Origin: Octopus sinensis
Taxonomy: Eukaryota
Reading direction: 5' to 3'
Length of the DNA: 64,000 nt
NCBI RefSeq assembly: GCF_006345805.1
Contig: NC_043005.1
Location: 71,176,001 to 71,240,000 of the forward strand
The notes under the pieces are model-generated. The model did not search any database, was not told the origin of the DNA, and worked only from the letters and a program-made list of their open reading frames with translations. A program made the position numbers and the translations under genes. Below are positions 50,519-64,000 of the stretch, one piece after another; position 1 is the first letter of the stretch, and every line of letters begins with the position of its first letter.

Positions 50519-51502
50519 ATGGGAGTTCTTTTGATTATCTCGTCTTTGTCATATTCTTTCTTTTTCTGTAAGAGATGAAAGGTAGACTGATGACGCATGT
50601 GTACGAACAGCCATGCTTACATGGCGTGGAACATGGGCCGTGACAGCTGAGGACATGGTAAGCTTGCAAGAAATGAAGCCAATATGCTCCGATGGATGTG
50701 TAATATCAGTGTGCCCATTTGACAAAGTGTAAGTACCTTGAGAGCAAAGTTGGACTTAAGAGCATCAGATGTGGTGTGCAGAGAGATGACGCGCTGGTAT
50801 GGTCATGTGGCAAAAATGGATGAGATAGTGTGTGAAAAAGTGCCACACCCTAGCGGCTGAGGGAACCTGTGGAAGAGGTAGGCCCAGGAAGACTTGGGAT
50901 GAGGTGGTGAAGCATGACCTTTGAACATTAGCCTCACCAAAGCAATGACTAGTGACCAAGACCTTTGGAAATATGCAATGCATGAGAAGACCTGGCAAGC
51001 CAAGTCACTTGGCTTGCCAGGTCTTCTCATGCATTGCATATTTCCAAAGGTCTTGGTCACTAGTCATTGCTTTGGTGAGGCCTAATGTTCAAAGGTCATG
51101 CTTCACCACCTCATCCCAAGTCTTCCTGGGCCTACCTCTTCCACAGGTTCCCTCAGCCGCTAGGGTGTGGCACTTTTTCACACAGCTATCCTCATCCATT
51201 TTTGCCACATGACCATACCAGCGCAGTCATCTCTCTTGCACACCACATCTGATGCTTCTTAAGTCCAACTTTTCTCTCAAGGTACTTACACTTTGTCAAA
51301 TATGCACACTGATATTACACATCCATCGGAGCATATTGGCTTCATTTCTTGCAAGCTTACCAATGTCCTCAGCTGTCACGGCCCATGTTCCACTGCCATG
51401 TAGCATGGCTGTTCGTACACATGCGTCATACAGTCTACCTTTCATCTCTTACAGAAAAAGAAAGAATATGACAAAGACAGAGATAATCAAAAGAACTCCC
51501 AT
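50519..51502. repeat. ~490 bp-arm palindrome of an RTE 3' ORF fragment
   Basis: Centre cctggcaagccaagt-c-acttggcttgccagg at 51006. The arms include the RTE thumb region homologous to ~26085-26520 and ~55 bp of non-RTE flank. Confidence 0.9.
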
Positions 51503-51961
51503 TGTGGCCACCCAGGTTTTTACAACATTATGCAATATACACTCTCTCAATTTAAAGTAATGTCAGGGAGATTTAGTTGCTATTTCTAACAAATTAAGTA
51601 ACAACGTACATGTTTTCTGGTTTGCATGTATGTTTGAGTGATTGTTTCATTGGTGGAATTCTCTCTTGTTCCTCTGGAAAGATGTTTATGTAGAGTAATT
51701 AGATATTTGTTGTCCCAGAGTCACATTATAAAGATTACTTTCTCCTTCATTGCTGCTCATTGGATGTTCTCTGAAATAAAGGAAAATGATTAATGAGTTG
51801 TATTGTTAGTTTTCGCAAACTAGTTTTAGAATTTATAAATTTATATAAATGAGGGGAATAATTAATGGATGTGTCATTATACATTTATGTGTGTGTTTGC
51901 ATATATATATATATACACACACATATACATATATAAGTATATAAATATATATATACATATG

Positions 51962-51993
<32 letters not shown>

Positions 51994-53479
51994 CTTATAT
52001 ATATATATACACACACATACATACATATGTGTACATATAAATATATTTACATATATATATATACTTACATATATGTGCATATACATATATACACATACCC
52101 CCTCCACACACACATATGTATAGGTATATGGATATATATACAGTATGAATTTATAAATGTAAATGGATAACTATACCTGTATATAAGAATATGCGTGCGC
52201 ATGTGTGTGTGTGTGTGTGTGTAATGTGAGATCTTTTAATGTATGTGTGTATGTACATACATACACACACACACACTCTGTTGGATATATGATATCAGCG
52301 AACATGAAACGAAACCATCTGTCTCATTTCAGGAAATTGTGCTGCCTCATGACCACAGGTGGATACACAAACCAAATAGATTTCATATCCACTAAGAACT
52401 AGGGTATAGAAATGACTGAGTAGTAAATCTATACCTGATGAAAAATAGAACGCTTAGTTTTGACTAATGATTAGTGAGTCCAAAAGATTGCCAGCCCCAA
52501 AGAAGCAGCATAATATAGAGATGCTGATAAAGAAAAGATCCTTTGGCAAATGAAAGATGAAATGATGTAATAGGTGATGTACAAGTTGAGAAAAAAGAAG
52601 AAATGGACAGCTATAAAATAGAAGACTGCTCCACCATGGTCGGTCTCAAGCATGGTTAAGAAAGAAGGAGGGTAGTAAGCATAGGGCAAGCAGATCTGAA
52701 ATGCCCACAAGAAAACATCTGAAACCTGTCCTGGCAAGATGGAGTTAGTCTTCAGAGATGTGGAACTGGCTTTTTTTTTTTATCAAGGACAGCTACATGA
52801 TAGAGAACATGGAATGCCACGGTCATCATCAAAATCAGAACTGATGTAAAGCAACATGGAGACAGTCCACAGAAACTGAAGCACATACAGGTAACTACAC
52901 CTGAAGACAAATAAAATCTATTTCTAAAGAAAATCACTGATGGTGGTCTCTTACTGGCACCTTATGCTCCCCATGCAATTTCCCTCTATAACGATGTTTG
53001 ACAGCTTCGTCGTCTCTCTGTCATTCATTCTCCCACCACCTCTCTCACTGTACGTCTGTCTGTATCTATAGAGAGGAAGCGTTGACAGTCACAAAAGTTT
53101 AAATATTCCCACAACAGGTCTTTTAGAATGGTGATTTATTACATTGATACAAATTAGATTTTTATGTGAGAAGGGTTCTAAATGGGGCTGGAAGGGGATA
53201 AAAATTTACAGGAGTGTGGTGTTTAGGAATTCTCTGTTACATCAAGCTAAAAGATTTACTCCAGCTTTTAAATCGTCAATATGTTGCCTTCCATCATGAA
53301 GAAGTTTTGAATGCCTGCCATAGTGAGTGTACTGTTGTGAGAAAGAATCAATTCAAAATTTGGTGTTTAGGAATTTTCTTTTACATCAAGTTAAAAATTT
53401 TGCGCCACCCATTAAACTGCAAGTACGTTGCTGTCCGTCATTAAGAAGTTTCAAATACTAGACTGGGAATGTTTTGAAT

Positions 53480-53870
53480 GATAATCCTCGGAACATTCCA
53501 GGAAATGCCATAATCTTCGGAACTTTCTAGGAAGTAATTTCCCTAATACTCAAAACTTTCCAGAAAATACCCTAATCCTCGGAACTTTCCAGGAAGTACA
53601 CTAATCCTCAGATCTTTTCAGGAGGTACCCTAATCCTCAGAACCTTCCGGGAAGTAACCCAATACTCAAAACTTTCCAGGAAGTACACAGTCCTCGGAAC
53701 TTTCCAGGAAGTAATTTCCCCTAATCATTGGAACTTTCCAAGAAGTTCGCTAATCCTCGGAACTTCCCTGGATGTACCATAATCATTGGAACTCTCCATG
53801 CAGTAATTTTCCCTAATCTTTGGAACTCTCCATGAAATACCCTAATTCTTGGAACTTTCCAGGAAGCTTT
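53480..53870 (+). repeat. ~30 bp minisatellite
   Basis: Unit ctaatcctcggaactttccaggaagtacc is repeated about a dozen times. It is preceded by a ~130 bp direct duplication (53215-53460). Confidence 0.85.
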
Positions 53871-54239
53871 GAATGCCACCATGATGAGTCTACCATCCTC
53901 AGATTCTATCCCTTCAAACTTTGGTTTCCAATATTTTTTTTTTATTCAACTCACGAGTTCGTCTGTTCCTTTTAAATGTTAGTGTTTTGCTGCCTGCCTT
54001 GAAGCAGACCTTTCCGTTGTCACTGCCTGGTATTTATGATTGATCTTTCAAAATAGTTTCTTTCTCAACTTACTCAAAATCTTTTGTTGTTTATAAATGG
54101 GAGAGTGATAAATAGAGAAAGCTAGAGAGTAAGAGAAAGCAAGGGAGAGTCCAAGAGAAAGGAACAGTAAGAGAGTGAGAAAGTGAGAGAGAAAGGAGAG
54201 AGAAACAAAGAGGCGATAAGAAACAGAAAGGAAGCAACA

Positions 54240-54642
54240 GAAAGTAACACCCACACCCTCACCTGCACGTAGAGTGTGTTACCTTAAGCTAGTTTTATTA
54301 TAAAGGCAAAACAGCACCACACACTTACCTCCTGGGTTTCATTTTACATACTGTATGTGCAATTTTTTGTCTACTCATCAACGGTACACTACGTATTTTC
54401 TTTTAACATATTTTAATTAATGTGTTATACAGTGCAGTACTGTATTACTGTATTTTTATTTATAAATTTATTAATTTTTAGGCATGAAAAATAAAATCTA
54501 AAGAAATATAAATCCCTATTGGTCACAGAAACCCGAGATATACTGAGAAGTCCATTTTATAAATATACATATGTTGGCCAGAAAAATCTGCAATGTACTG
54601 AGGGTGTGATAGGTGAACCGCGATATGGTGAGTGATTATTAT
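54240..54642. mobile_element. Tigger/pogo-like DNA transposon end
   Basis: Terminus gaaccgcgatatggtgagtgattattata resembles Tigger-type TIRs. Confidence 0.4.
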
Positions 54643-54699
54643 ATACATTTCTTACTAACAAATGTGGGGTTAAAAAATAAAGAAAGGAGAACAATTTAG

Positions 54700-55420
54700 A
54701 AGACAACTAGGCGTTTCTGTGAGACATCTTGGCTAGAATCTCATCCATAGAAGGAGCAATATTCCAAGTAGATGGATTAGTGAGGGAATGGTACAGTAGA
54801 GAGAGCCATACAATACATAGAAGAAACAAATAAGGAAGGCATAATATCAGTTAGCTATAAGAAATGCTTGGTGCCAAGTACACTTGGCAAGGACAGAACT
54901 GGAAAAGAAATTTGCCAATGTTCTTCAACAAGAGAATTAGAGTGAGTGGTGTTCTGGATTGCAAAGCAGTGTGTCAGTGTAATTCAAGATGTTGTTGGAA
55001 GAAGTGTGAATGTAATGAGTGAGGCTTATTTTACTTCAGATGATGAGTAGAAGGAAGCTTGGAAAGTGTTTGCTAAATAAGGAGAATTCCTTGGAGAAAG
55101 AGGATCTAGTGAAGTAGACCCGAAAGAAGGACAAGCTGTTGAAACTGACAACTATAAAGTCAAAATTAAAGGAATGCAGGTAAGGGAAACAACCAGGCAA
55201 TTAGTGCTAGAGTGCTGAGATGTTGAGCATCTCCACCAAAGAAGCATATGCACTAATTAATCACATATTCAGTGAGATAGTTCAGGAAGAGGTCATACCC
55301 TATGTGGGATGTGGAGCAGTGTCATATAAACCATGGCAAAGAAAATAACAGATGATTTAGAAAGAAGCAATGAAAAAGACATCAAATTGAATGATTAAAT
55401 TAGGAAAGTAGCAGAAAGAG
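54700..55420 (+). pseudogene. Very old RTE ORF2 remnant
   Basis: VFWIAKQCVSVIQDVVG and IVQEEVIP align by eye with the RTE at 24650-25050. Confidence 0.55.
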
Positions 55421-55862
55421 CTACATAATAATCCACTAAGAAGAAAATTAGCTTGAATGAAATGCATTTGGGATAATTTAAAACCAACAAGACCTGGGAG
55501 AGGATGTCCTTCCCTCAGGGAAACATGATGTAATGCAACAAAATAAACCAGCATTACAGGTGAAACCCTGATCTGGAAGCCACAAGTAAAGTAGAAGAGA
55601 GGATGTCTTGAAAACAAGTGGAGTGGAGGCTGATATAAAAAAGCAGGGATCTCACTGCAATGAAGTTAAGAAAAGCAGCCTGGATTCTAGAATAGTGGAT
55701 AAAAGTGGCTTATGCTCCACAAGGAAAGAAGAATTTAAAAACTACAATACAGAGCAGCCATTTCTCCCTCCATATGACATATCCTTGGTGTTCTATTGAA
55801 CTAAGCATTGGAAAACTCTGAGAGTATCTATGACCACATAGGTTATATATAGGTGCCTAAAA

Positions 55863-56092
55863 AAGGCAGCGAGCTGGCAGAAACGTTAGCACGCCGGGCG
55901 AAATGCTTAGCGGTATTTCATCTGCCATTACGTTCTGAGTTCAAATTCCACTGAGGTCGACTTTACCTTTCATCCTTTCGGGATCAATAAATTAAGTACC
56001 AGTTACACACTGCGGTCGATGTAATCGACTTAATCCGTTTGTCTGTCCTTGTTTGTCCCCTCTGTGTTTAGCCCCTTGTGGGTAGTAAAGAA
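55863..56092 (+). mobile_element. Young full-length SINE family B with ~25 bp target-site duplication
   Basis: ataggttatatataggtgcctaaaa is present at 55838-55862 and again at 56093-56117. Confidence 0.93.
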
Positions 56093-56497
56093 ATAGGTTA
56101 TATATAGGTGCCTAAAACAATAAGTGACAGTATGGTATGTTCTACCAGGTTACACTCTCTGATGCAAATGACAGCTAAGAGGTATTTTTAGCTATAGTTT
56201 ATACTGCCATTTTGCTGTTCCAAATATACTGCCTCAGGATATCTACTTTACAGACACTAAAAAAAATCTTCAAATGCAGGGAACTGAGAATGTGTTGCTC
56301 TCGTGTCTATGTTCTAATGGCTTTGATTGCATAAGAGAAATGAAAGATTCAACTTGAATACCAGAAATTCAAACTGCACCAAGCCACAACTTGGTTATCA
56401 ATGAACAAGTCTGTCACTGTATTGAACTTATAGCACAATGGTTGTCTAATATATTAGCAAATAAATAATGTACATGTACATACAATATATGTGTGTA

Positions 56498-56542
<45 letters not shown>

Positions 56543-58439
56543 TATATAAATATATATATATACATTCATATATATATATGTACATGTATGCAAATAAATA
56601 AATAAATATATATATATATGTTTATATACTACACATACACGTATATGTGTGTATTTATCTATCTATCCATCTCTCTCTCTCTCTCTATGTATATATATAT
56701 ATATGTATATATATATGTATGTATGTATGTATGTATATATATGTATATATATATATATATTATATATATATATTATATATATATATATTATATATATATA
56801 TATGTACATGTATGCGAATAAATAAATAAATAAATAAATATATATTTACATACTACACATATGCATATATGTGTATATATATGTCTGTAGCTATCTATCT
56901 ATCTATCCATCTATATATCTATATATATATACATACATATATATGCATGTACATACTTATACATACATGTACACACATGCATATATATGCATATATATAT
57001 TCACATATACATACATATTTATATATGCATGCATATAGAGCGAGAGAATGTGAGAGAGAGGGTGTGAGAGTGTGACATACATAAATATACATACATGCCT
57101 AAAAGAGAGAAAGAGAAAGTTAGATGCATAAACAAAGAGAAGAGAAGCGAAGACAAACAGACAGACAGACAGACAGGCAGAGACAGAAGCAGAGCATGTG
57201 ATGGCTGGTGCAACGATCTCTACTCAACAAGCAAGAAGAACTGAAGAACAGCTTTCTCAATCTGCCGTATTCAGCTAGCACCATTATTAGAGAAAGGAAA
57301 TTCAAACAAATACTTACATGGGGCTTTTCTTGGAATTATTTTAGCCTGATTTCACATTGAACTAGATACAATGGCCTCTAATGGTTGCAGTGCTCTGCAA
57401 TTTCATTCACCCATATTATCTACAATGGCACCCTAATTGGAAAACATGGTTGCTACATGTATTATCTAAAGACACCAAATCTCTTCTGGCTCTTGCTTTC
57501 TCTCTTTGTATCTTTATCTTTTCTCTTTTTCATATTCTTTTGTTTCTACCATTCTATTCTTTCCGAGATCAATTGGAACAAAAATAAAAACAAAAACGAA
57601 ATAAAAAAAATAAATAATAAAAATTTCAAAAAAAAAAAAAATTTCGTTTTCATTTCTTTTTTTTTCTTTTATTTTTTCTTTTTTTTTTTTGTATGTCTTT
57701 CAATACAAACTCCAATGCAATGCAGAAGTGCAGTTCTATACACAACATAACCCTTCCAATTCATTCTTCTCTTTTGTAGATTACGGCAATTGAACAAAAC
57801 CCAAGCTCAGACCTCCATATCTTGATACCCTCGTATTTATTGGTTATTTTCTTTACATTTTTCATTCTTTACTTTCTTTCTGTATTTCCTTCGTTTTCTT
57901 GTTTTGTTTTGTTCCATTTTGCAAGAGCTAAATTACATTTCTCTACTACCACCTTTTAGCCAAATTTATCTCTAATAAATCATTTGTAATGAATGAAGCT
58001 CTCTTCATTATTGAATAACCAAACAATAAATGCTTTGTCAATACAGAGCTTTGCGTATTCATCCCTCTGCTTAGATCTTCTTATCTCTTACTTAACATAA
58101 AAATTACAAACTCCAACTTTTACTTTATTCTTTCTTTCCTTCATTCCACATATTCTAACTTCCTTTTCTTTTCTTTATTTTTATTATTCAATCGATTTGT
58201 CTATTTTTTTGTTACTTTTTTCAATCCTATCTTATTCTTTTTTTTATATATATATTTTTCTCATTACATTCAGAGCGTTGTCATTAGTATTGTTGTAGTT
58301 GTGTAGTTAACATTATAAAATTGATGTTAGTATTCTTTGTATTGTACTTAACGGTGTCATTACTACATTTGTGGTTGTTGTAACTATTGTTGGATTTAAT
58401 GTTGTTTTTATTATTATTGATTGTCTTGTGGTTAGCAAT

Positions 58440-59914
58440 AATCCTTTTTGTATATGCACAAGACCTGAAATTTTGGCATGACTGGTACTTAATTTATCGA
58501 CCCCAAAAAAGATGAAAGACAAAGTCAACTTCAGCAGGATTTGAACTCTGAATATAACAATGGTGCTAGCCATTTTGTTTAGCATGCTAACGACTCTGCC
58601 TGATTGCTGCCTTAATATTAAAAAAAATAATAATAACAGCAATCCTTTCTACTATAGGCACAAGGCCTCAAATTTTGTTGGGGATGGGGACAGTTGATTA
58701 TATTGGTCACCAGTATTTGACCGGTACTTATTTCATTGGCTCAGAAAGGATCAAAGGCAAAGTCAACCGTGACAGAATTTGAACCCAGAACATAAAGATG
58801 GTTGAAATGCCGATAAGGATACTATTCAGTGAACTAAAGATTCTGCCTGATAATAATAATAATAATAATAACAACAACAACAATTACAACAACAACAACA
58901 ACAATAATAATAACAAAAACAATAATAATAATAATCTTTTCTACTATTGGCACAAGGCCTGAAATTTAGGGCAAGGGGTTACTCAATTACATTAAACCCC
59001 GTGCATGACTGCAACGTATTTCATCGACCCCGAAAGGATGAAAAGCAGGGCCAACCTTGTTGGAAGTGGAATCTGAATTCAGAAAATAAGTAAGGACAAA
59101 ATGCTGCAAAGCATATCTTTATCCAACCAGACAAAATGCTTAGTAGCATTTCAACCATTCTGAGAAGTTCAAATTCCGCTGAGGTTGACTTTACCTTTCA
59201 TCTCTTAGGGGTTGACAAAATAGACATCAATTGATCACTGGGATTGCTGTAATTGACTTATCCTCTCCCCAAAATTGCTGGCCTTGTACCAAAATTTGAA
59301 ATCAATATTGATGTTGTTGTTACATTTTGTTGTTGTTGTTAGTGTTATTGTTACGACAGGTACCATTTCCATTGCTGTTTCTAGTTCTGTTCCTGTTCAT
59401 AAATACAATTGTTCTTCTTATCATTGTTAATGTTAGTTGTTGCCCTTTTGTTGTGGTTGCATTTTTATTACTGATGTTGTCACAATTGTTATCATTGTAC
59501 TTGTAGCCATTGTTATTATTAATGTTGAAAATGATGTTGTTGTAAGTATTGTTGTCGATGCTGGTGTTGTGGTGATAGTCGTTTCTGGTGTTATTGTTAT
59601 AAGAACAATTGAAATAACTATTGTTTGTTTTTAGTATTGTTCTGTATGTTGCTGTTGTTTAATGTTATTGTTGCACCAGTGACTTCTTATCATTATTCAT
59701 ATTCATTTAGGTTAACGAACCGGCAGAATCATTAGCATGCTGAGTGAAATGTTTAGTGGCTTTCATCCATCTTTACATTCTGAGTTCAAATTCAGCCAGA
59801 GATCAACTTTGCCTTTCATCCTTTCAAGGTTAACAAATCAAGTACCAGTTGAATACTGGGGAGGGGGGTAATACAATTGACTTACCTCCACCCCTGAAAT
59901 GGATGCTCTTGTGC

Positions 59915-59915
<1 letters not shown>
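58440..59915. mobile_element. Cluster of five diverged SINE family B copies (three minus, two plus)
   Basis: Family B core at ~58440-58612, 58640-58850 and 58935-59110 (minus), and at 59125-59305 and 59710-59915 (plus). Confidence 0.75.
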
Positions 59916-59917
<2 letters not shown>

Positions 59918-59945
<28 letters not shown>

Positions 59946-60272
59946 TATTATTATTATTATCATTCAGTAGTCTTATTTTTAACATGTGCTTTCACTGCAC
60001 TACCGAGTGTAGCTCTGGGTGCCTTGGGTATGTGCTGTGGTTTGTTGTGATGCTCTTATTTTTACTGTATTGAAAGTATTTTACATAGGATGTATGCAGT
60101 GCCTAGTAGTGTTATTTATACTTGTCAATCGTGGTGTTTTTCTTATTTATTTGTCTGAATTTTTTTATGATACCTAATGTGCCTACTATGATAGGAATTC
60201 TTTCTGTTTTTAGACTCCACATTCGAGTTACCTCTATTTCCAGGTCTTGGTATTTTGAAAGTTTCTCTTTGT
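59918..60272 (-). mobile_element. R4/Dong-like LINE 3' end ending in (TAA)n
   Basis: KEKLSKYQDLEIEVTRMWSLKTERIPIIVGTLG...TLLGTAYIL, then a UTR and (TAA)n. Confidence 0.8.
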
Positions 60273-60472
60273 CAGATTTTGGGTGGTGCATGGATGTGTT
60301 AGGATATTGACTATAGAACCACATTATGTATTCATATAGCACTAGGGAAAAGGATAAATGAACAAACAAATTAGCAAACATTGAATGGCAAACTCCATAT
60401 CTATGATTTCAGGCTAGTAATAAAATACCATGCTTTCATCTGTGGAAGTACATCAAAATTAGTAGATAATTA

Positions 60473-60516
<44 letters not shown>

Positions 60517-60519
60517 ATT

Positions 60520-60670
60520 AATCCAAATATGAAAACACAACGCGAGGACGTGGAACAAGCATAGTGTTATTGGACACTCAGGAAAGGAAAGAACAAGGAG
60601 GATTTAACGTTTTGAGCAGAGCTCTTTGTTAGAAACATGGGAAAAGGAAAGATCCAAGGAAGGAAAAATG
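60520..60670 (-). mobile_element. Penelope-like short repeat with decayed hammerhead
   Basis: Minus 60603-60635 reads TTT-CTAACAA-A-GAGC-tct-GCTC-AAAA-CGTT-AAA, i.e. G-to-A decay of CTGACGA and GAAA. Confidence 0.5.
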
Positions 60671-60715
60671 TGTACATATATATATATACACATATACATA
60701 CATACATATATATGT

Positions 60716-60906
60716 GTCAGTGGCACATAAAAAGCACCCACTACACTCACGGAGTGGTTGGCGTTAGGAAGGGCATCCAGCTGTAGAAACACTGCCAGAT
60801 CTGACTGGCCTGGTGCAGCCTTCGGGCTTCCCAGACCCCAGTTGAACCGTCCAACCCATGCTAGCATGAAAAGCGGACGTTAAATGATGATGATGATGAT
60901 GATGAT
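60716..60906 (+). mobile_element. Young RTE 3'-tail fragment
   Basis: Near-identical to 26957-27143. Confidence 0.9.
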
Positions 60907-60907
60907 A

Positions 60908-60954
<47 letters not shown>

Positions 60955-61699
60955 CATACATACATACATACATACATACATACATACATACATACATACT
61001 AGTATATATATATATAATATATATATATATACACACACATTCAGTGAACTTGCTAGCTACCTTATTATTACCTTCTTAATACTATTAATAATGCCAATAA
61101 TTCTTCTTTATTTATATATACATATATATATACACACACACACACAGATGACAGGTTTTGTACAGTCTCCATCAACTAGATTCACACCAGCTGGCCTTGC
61201 GCTATATTAGAAGACATGCCCAAGGTGTCACACAGTGGAGCTGAACTTGAAACCACGTGATTATGAAGTAAACTTCTTAACCACACAGCCAGCCTCTCTC
61301 TCCCCGCATAGTCACGTCTACACCCTAACACATCCATGCCTACAGCTCCTGTTGTTAATATTGTTACTGATATTTTTATTGGTGTTTGTTCTAATCACAT
61401 CAGTGTATCCATATCCATATATGTGTTTCTGGCTATAATTTTGTTGTTTTGTTCGAGTTGAGTTTCTTTGTTTTGCTTAACGGTTTTTTTTTTAATGCTT
61501 TTAGAAAGGAAAAAAAAAAGATACAAAAAAAAAACACTGTTTTGTTTGTTTTTGTATTGTTTCTCCTTTTTTTATTTGCTTTGTTTGTCTGTTGTTTCAT
61601 TTTGTCTTGATAACATTGTGCATTAACCGTATTTATTCCGATAACATCGAGCATTCTAACTCCTGCTGCTGATATCGGTTATCATCACTGAAGCAAGCT

Positions 61700-62406
61700 T
61701 TGATGCTGCTACTACTGGTGATGGCAATGATGATGATGACGACTACAATGGTAGCTGTGGTGGTGTTGGTGGTGGTGGTGATGGTGGTGGTGGTGGTGGT
61801 GGTGGTGGTGGGGTGACAATGATGATGAGGAGGAGGTGGTGGAAAATGAAAATGATGATGTCGATGATAACAAAAATGATGATGACTATGATGATGGTCA
61901 TGGTGATAGTGGTGATAACGAGACCGATGACGACGACGACGATGATGATGATAATGATGGTGATGATGATGATGATGATGGTGGTGGTGAAGGTGATGAT
62001 GATGATGATGGTGGTGAAGGTGATGATGATGATGATAGTGATGATGGTGATGGTGATGGTGATGATGATGACGATAGTGACAACGATGATAATGATGATG
62101 ATGCTAATGATGACGATGACAACAGCAGCAACCAACAGCGACAACAAAGATGACTATGACGACAACAAGAATGATGATGATGATTAAAACGGAAAGAGGA
62201 TTAACAGTGCTGATCAGTAGAGTAAAATGAAATCTGAGAAAAATGATGGTAAGAATGATGATGATAATGTTGATGATGATGATGATGATGATGACAATGA
62301 TGATTACAACAATAACAACGAAGAGGAAGATGATGAGGAGAATGTCTGTGTCAGAAGTTGTGATGGTATCAGAACTGATATCAGCCTTTTGATAATGATG
62401 CCAGCT

Positions 62407-62451
<45 letters not shown>

Positions 62452-63480
62452 ATTTTGGTGGTAGTGTTAGTGGTGGTGATGGTAGTGGTGGTGGTGGTGG
62501 TGGCAGCAGCAGCAGCAGTAGTAGTAGTGGTAGCAGCAATTCTAGTGGTAATGGTGGTGGTGGTGGTTGTGCTGGTGGTAGTAGTAGTAGTAGTAGTAAT
62601 AGCAGTAGTACGACTACAACCAATAATTAACAATAATTATGATAGGGGTAAGAATTCATGACAATTTAGACACTGATGTAAATGATAATAATCAAATTAA
62701 TATCATTAATAATAATAACAATAATTATAATGGCGATGGATGAAGGCAGTGTAGGTGATAAGATTAATTATAATTATAATGCTGAGACAAAGTTAATGAT
62801 GCTGACAATGATGATGATGATCATCATCATAATAATAATCATGAGGACGCTGATGCTGATGATAATGATGATGATAATGAAGATGCTGGTAATGCTGATG
62901 ATGATGATGATGATGATGGTGACCATGGTGATAGTGATGATCATGACAACAATGATGATGGTGATGATGATGATGATGATAATGGTAGTGGTGGTGCTGG
63001 TGGCGTCGGCAGCGGTGAAGTCGATGATGATGATGATGATGATGATAGTGACAATTACTGATGATGACAATGACAGCAACAACGACAACTACAACAACTA
63101 TAACAACAGTGACGATGATGATGATGATGGTGATGTTGATGATGATGGTGATGGTGGTGGTGGTGGTGGTGATGGTGATGATGATGATGATGATAATGAC
63201 GACGGTGATGATGATGATGATGGTGGTGGTTGTGGTGGTGGTGATGACGATGAACGATGACGATGATGGTGATGATGATGATGATAATGATAACAGTGGT
63301 GGTGGTGGTGGTGGTGGTGGTGATGGTGATGATGATTATATTGGTAATGAAAATGGGAATATAACACATTGTGAATTGTGATATTTTGATCAAGGTAACA
63401 ACAACAACAACAACAACAACAGTAACAGCAAAAACAACAACAACTGCAGAATGACAACGAGTATGCTATCATTGTCACTG
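61700..63480. repeat. Large degenerate (GAT/GGT/AGT/AAC)n low-complexity field
   Basis: Visible trinucleotide arrays. They are the source of the poly-D/M/V/H ORFs. Confidence 0.95.
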
Positions 63481-64000
63481 ATCAGGATAATAATGTTTAG
63501 TGAATGTTCGAAATAATGTTCGAACATAGTCTGTTTTGCTTTAGATTTTGTTTTGTTTTTTTTTTTGTTTTTTTTTTTACTGTTTATGTTTTTATATTTG
63601 TTTTTATTGTTTTTCATTTTTGTTATTATTTTTTTTTTTTTTTGTATCGCTATGATGAAAGTACACTCAACATGAATGCTAAAAGCTATATCGTCTTAAA
63701 GAAAGCAACCTGTGGAAGTCTGAAGCACTGGTATACAGATCATTAAGTACAGTGCAACCTCACTCACCCACTTTCTCATCCATATCCATCCACCACTGCA
63801 AGAAAAAAAAAAAAAGAAAACAATAACATCACCGCCATCGTCACCAGCACCAGCACCACCACCACCATCACTGCCACTGCCACTGCTACCACCGCCAGCA
63901 ACACCATTAATAAAAAAAAAAATATTGGTTGTAAACAAAGCAGGAAACACTAGAGATTTCCAGAAGATGTTGAAACACGGTAAAATGGAAGTCTTTTAGT

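Noticed and set aside
61743-63478. Poly-Asp/Met/His ORFs resembling acidic biomineralisation proteins
   Set aside because: Trinucleotide low-complexity DNA identical in style to 30218-30606. No signal peptide or splice support.

Overview
AT-rich, microsatellite-saturated eukaryotic intronic/intergenic DNA with one 100-N scaffold gap (4453-4552). The repeat landscape suggests a coleoid cephalopod (octopus), but that is inference. No intact protein-coding gene can be supported. Almost all ORF-track entries are translations of (AT)n/(ACAT)n/(ATC)n repeats, of SINEs, or of decayed transposon ORFs. The window contains: two abundant tRNA-derived SINE families; a 5'-truncated RTE-clade LINE with a PHD-like finger inside its RT; several other RTE and restriction-like-endonuclease (R4/Dong-like) LINE 3' ends sitting in microsatellites; decayed hAT and mariner transposases; MITEs; Helitron/Helentron-type elements; and a few weak candidate host exons and one promoter-like motif cluster. 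The most notable signals are: (1) a tRNA-headed SINE-like element whose tail carries a Penelope-type minimal hammerhead ribozyme, present in head-to-head form; (2) further hammerhead-bearing short repeats, one starting exactly at the predicted cleavage site; (3) a concatemer of the RTE 3' UTR with one junction repeated three times; (4) a ~980 bp near zero-spacer palindrome. All family assignments come from motif recognition by eye, not from database searches.
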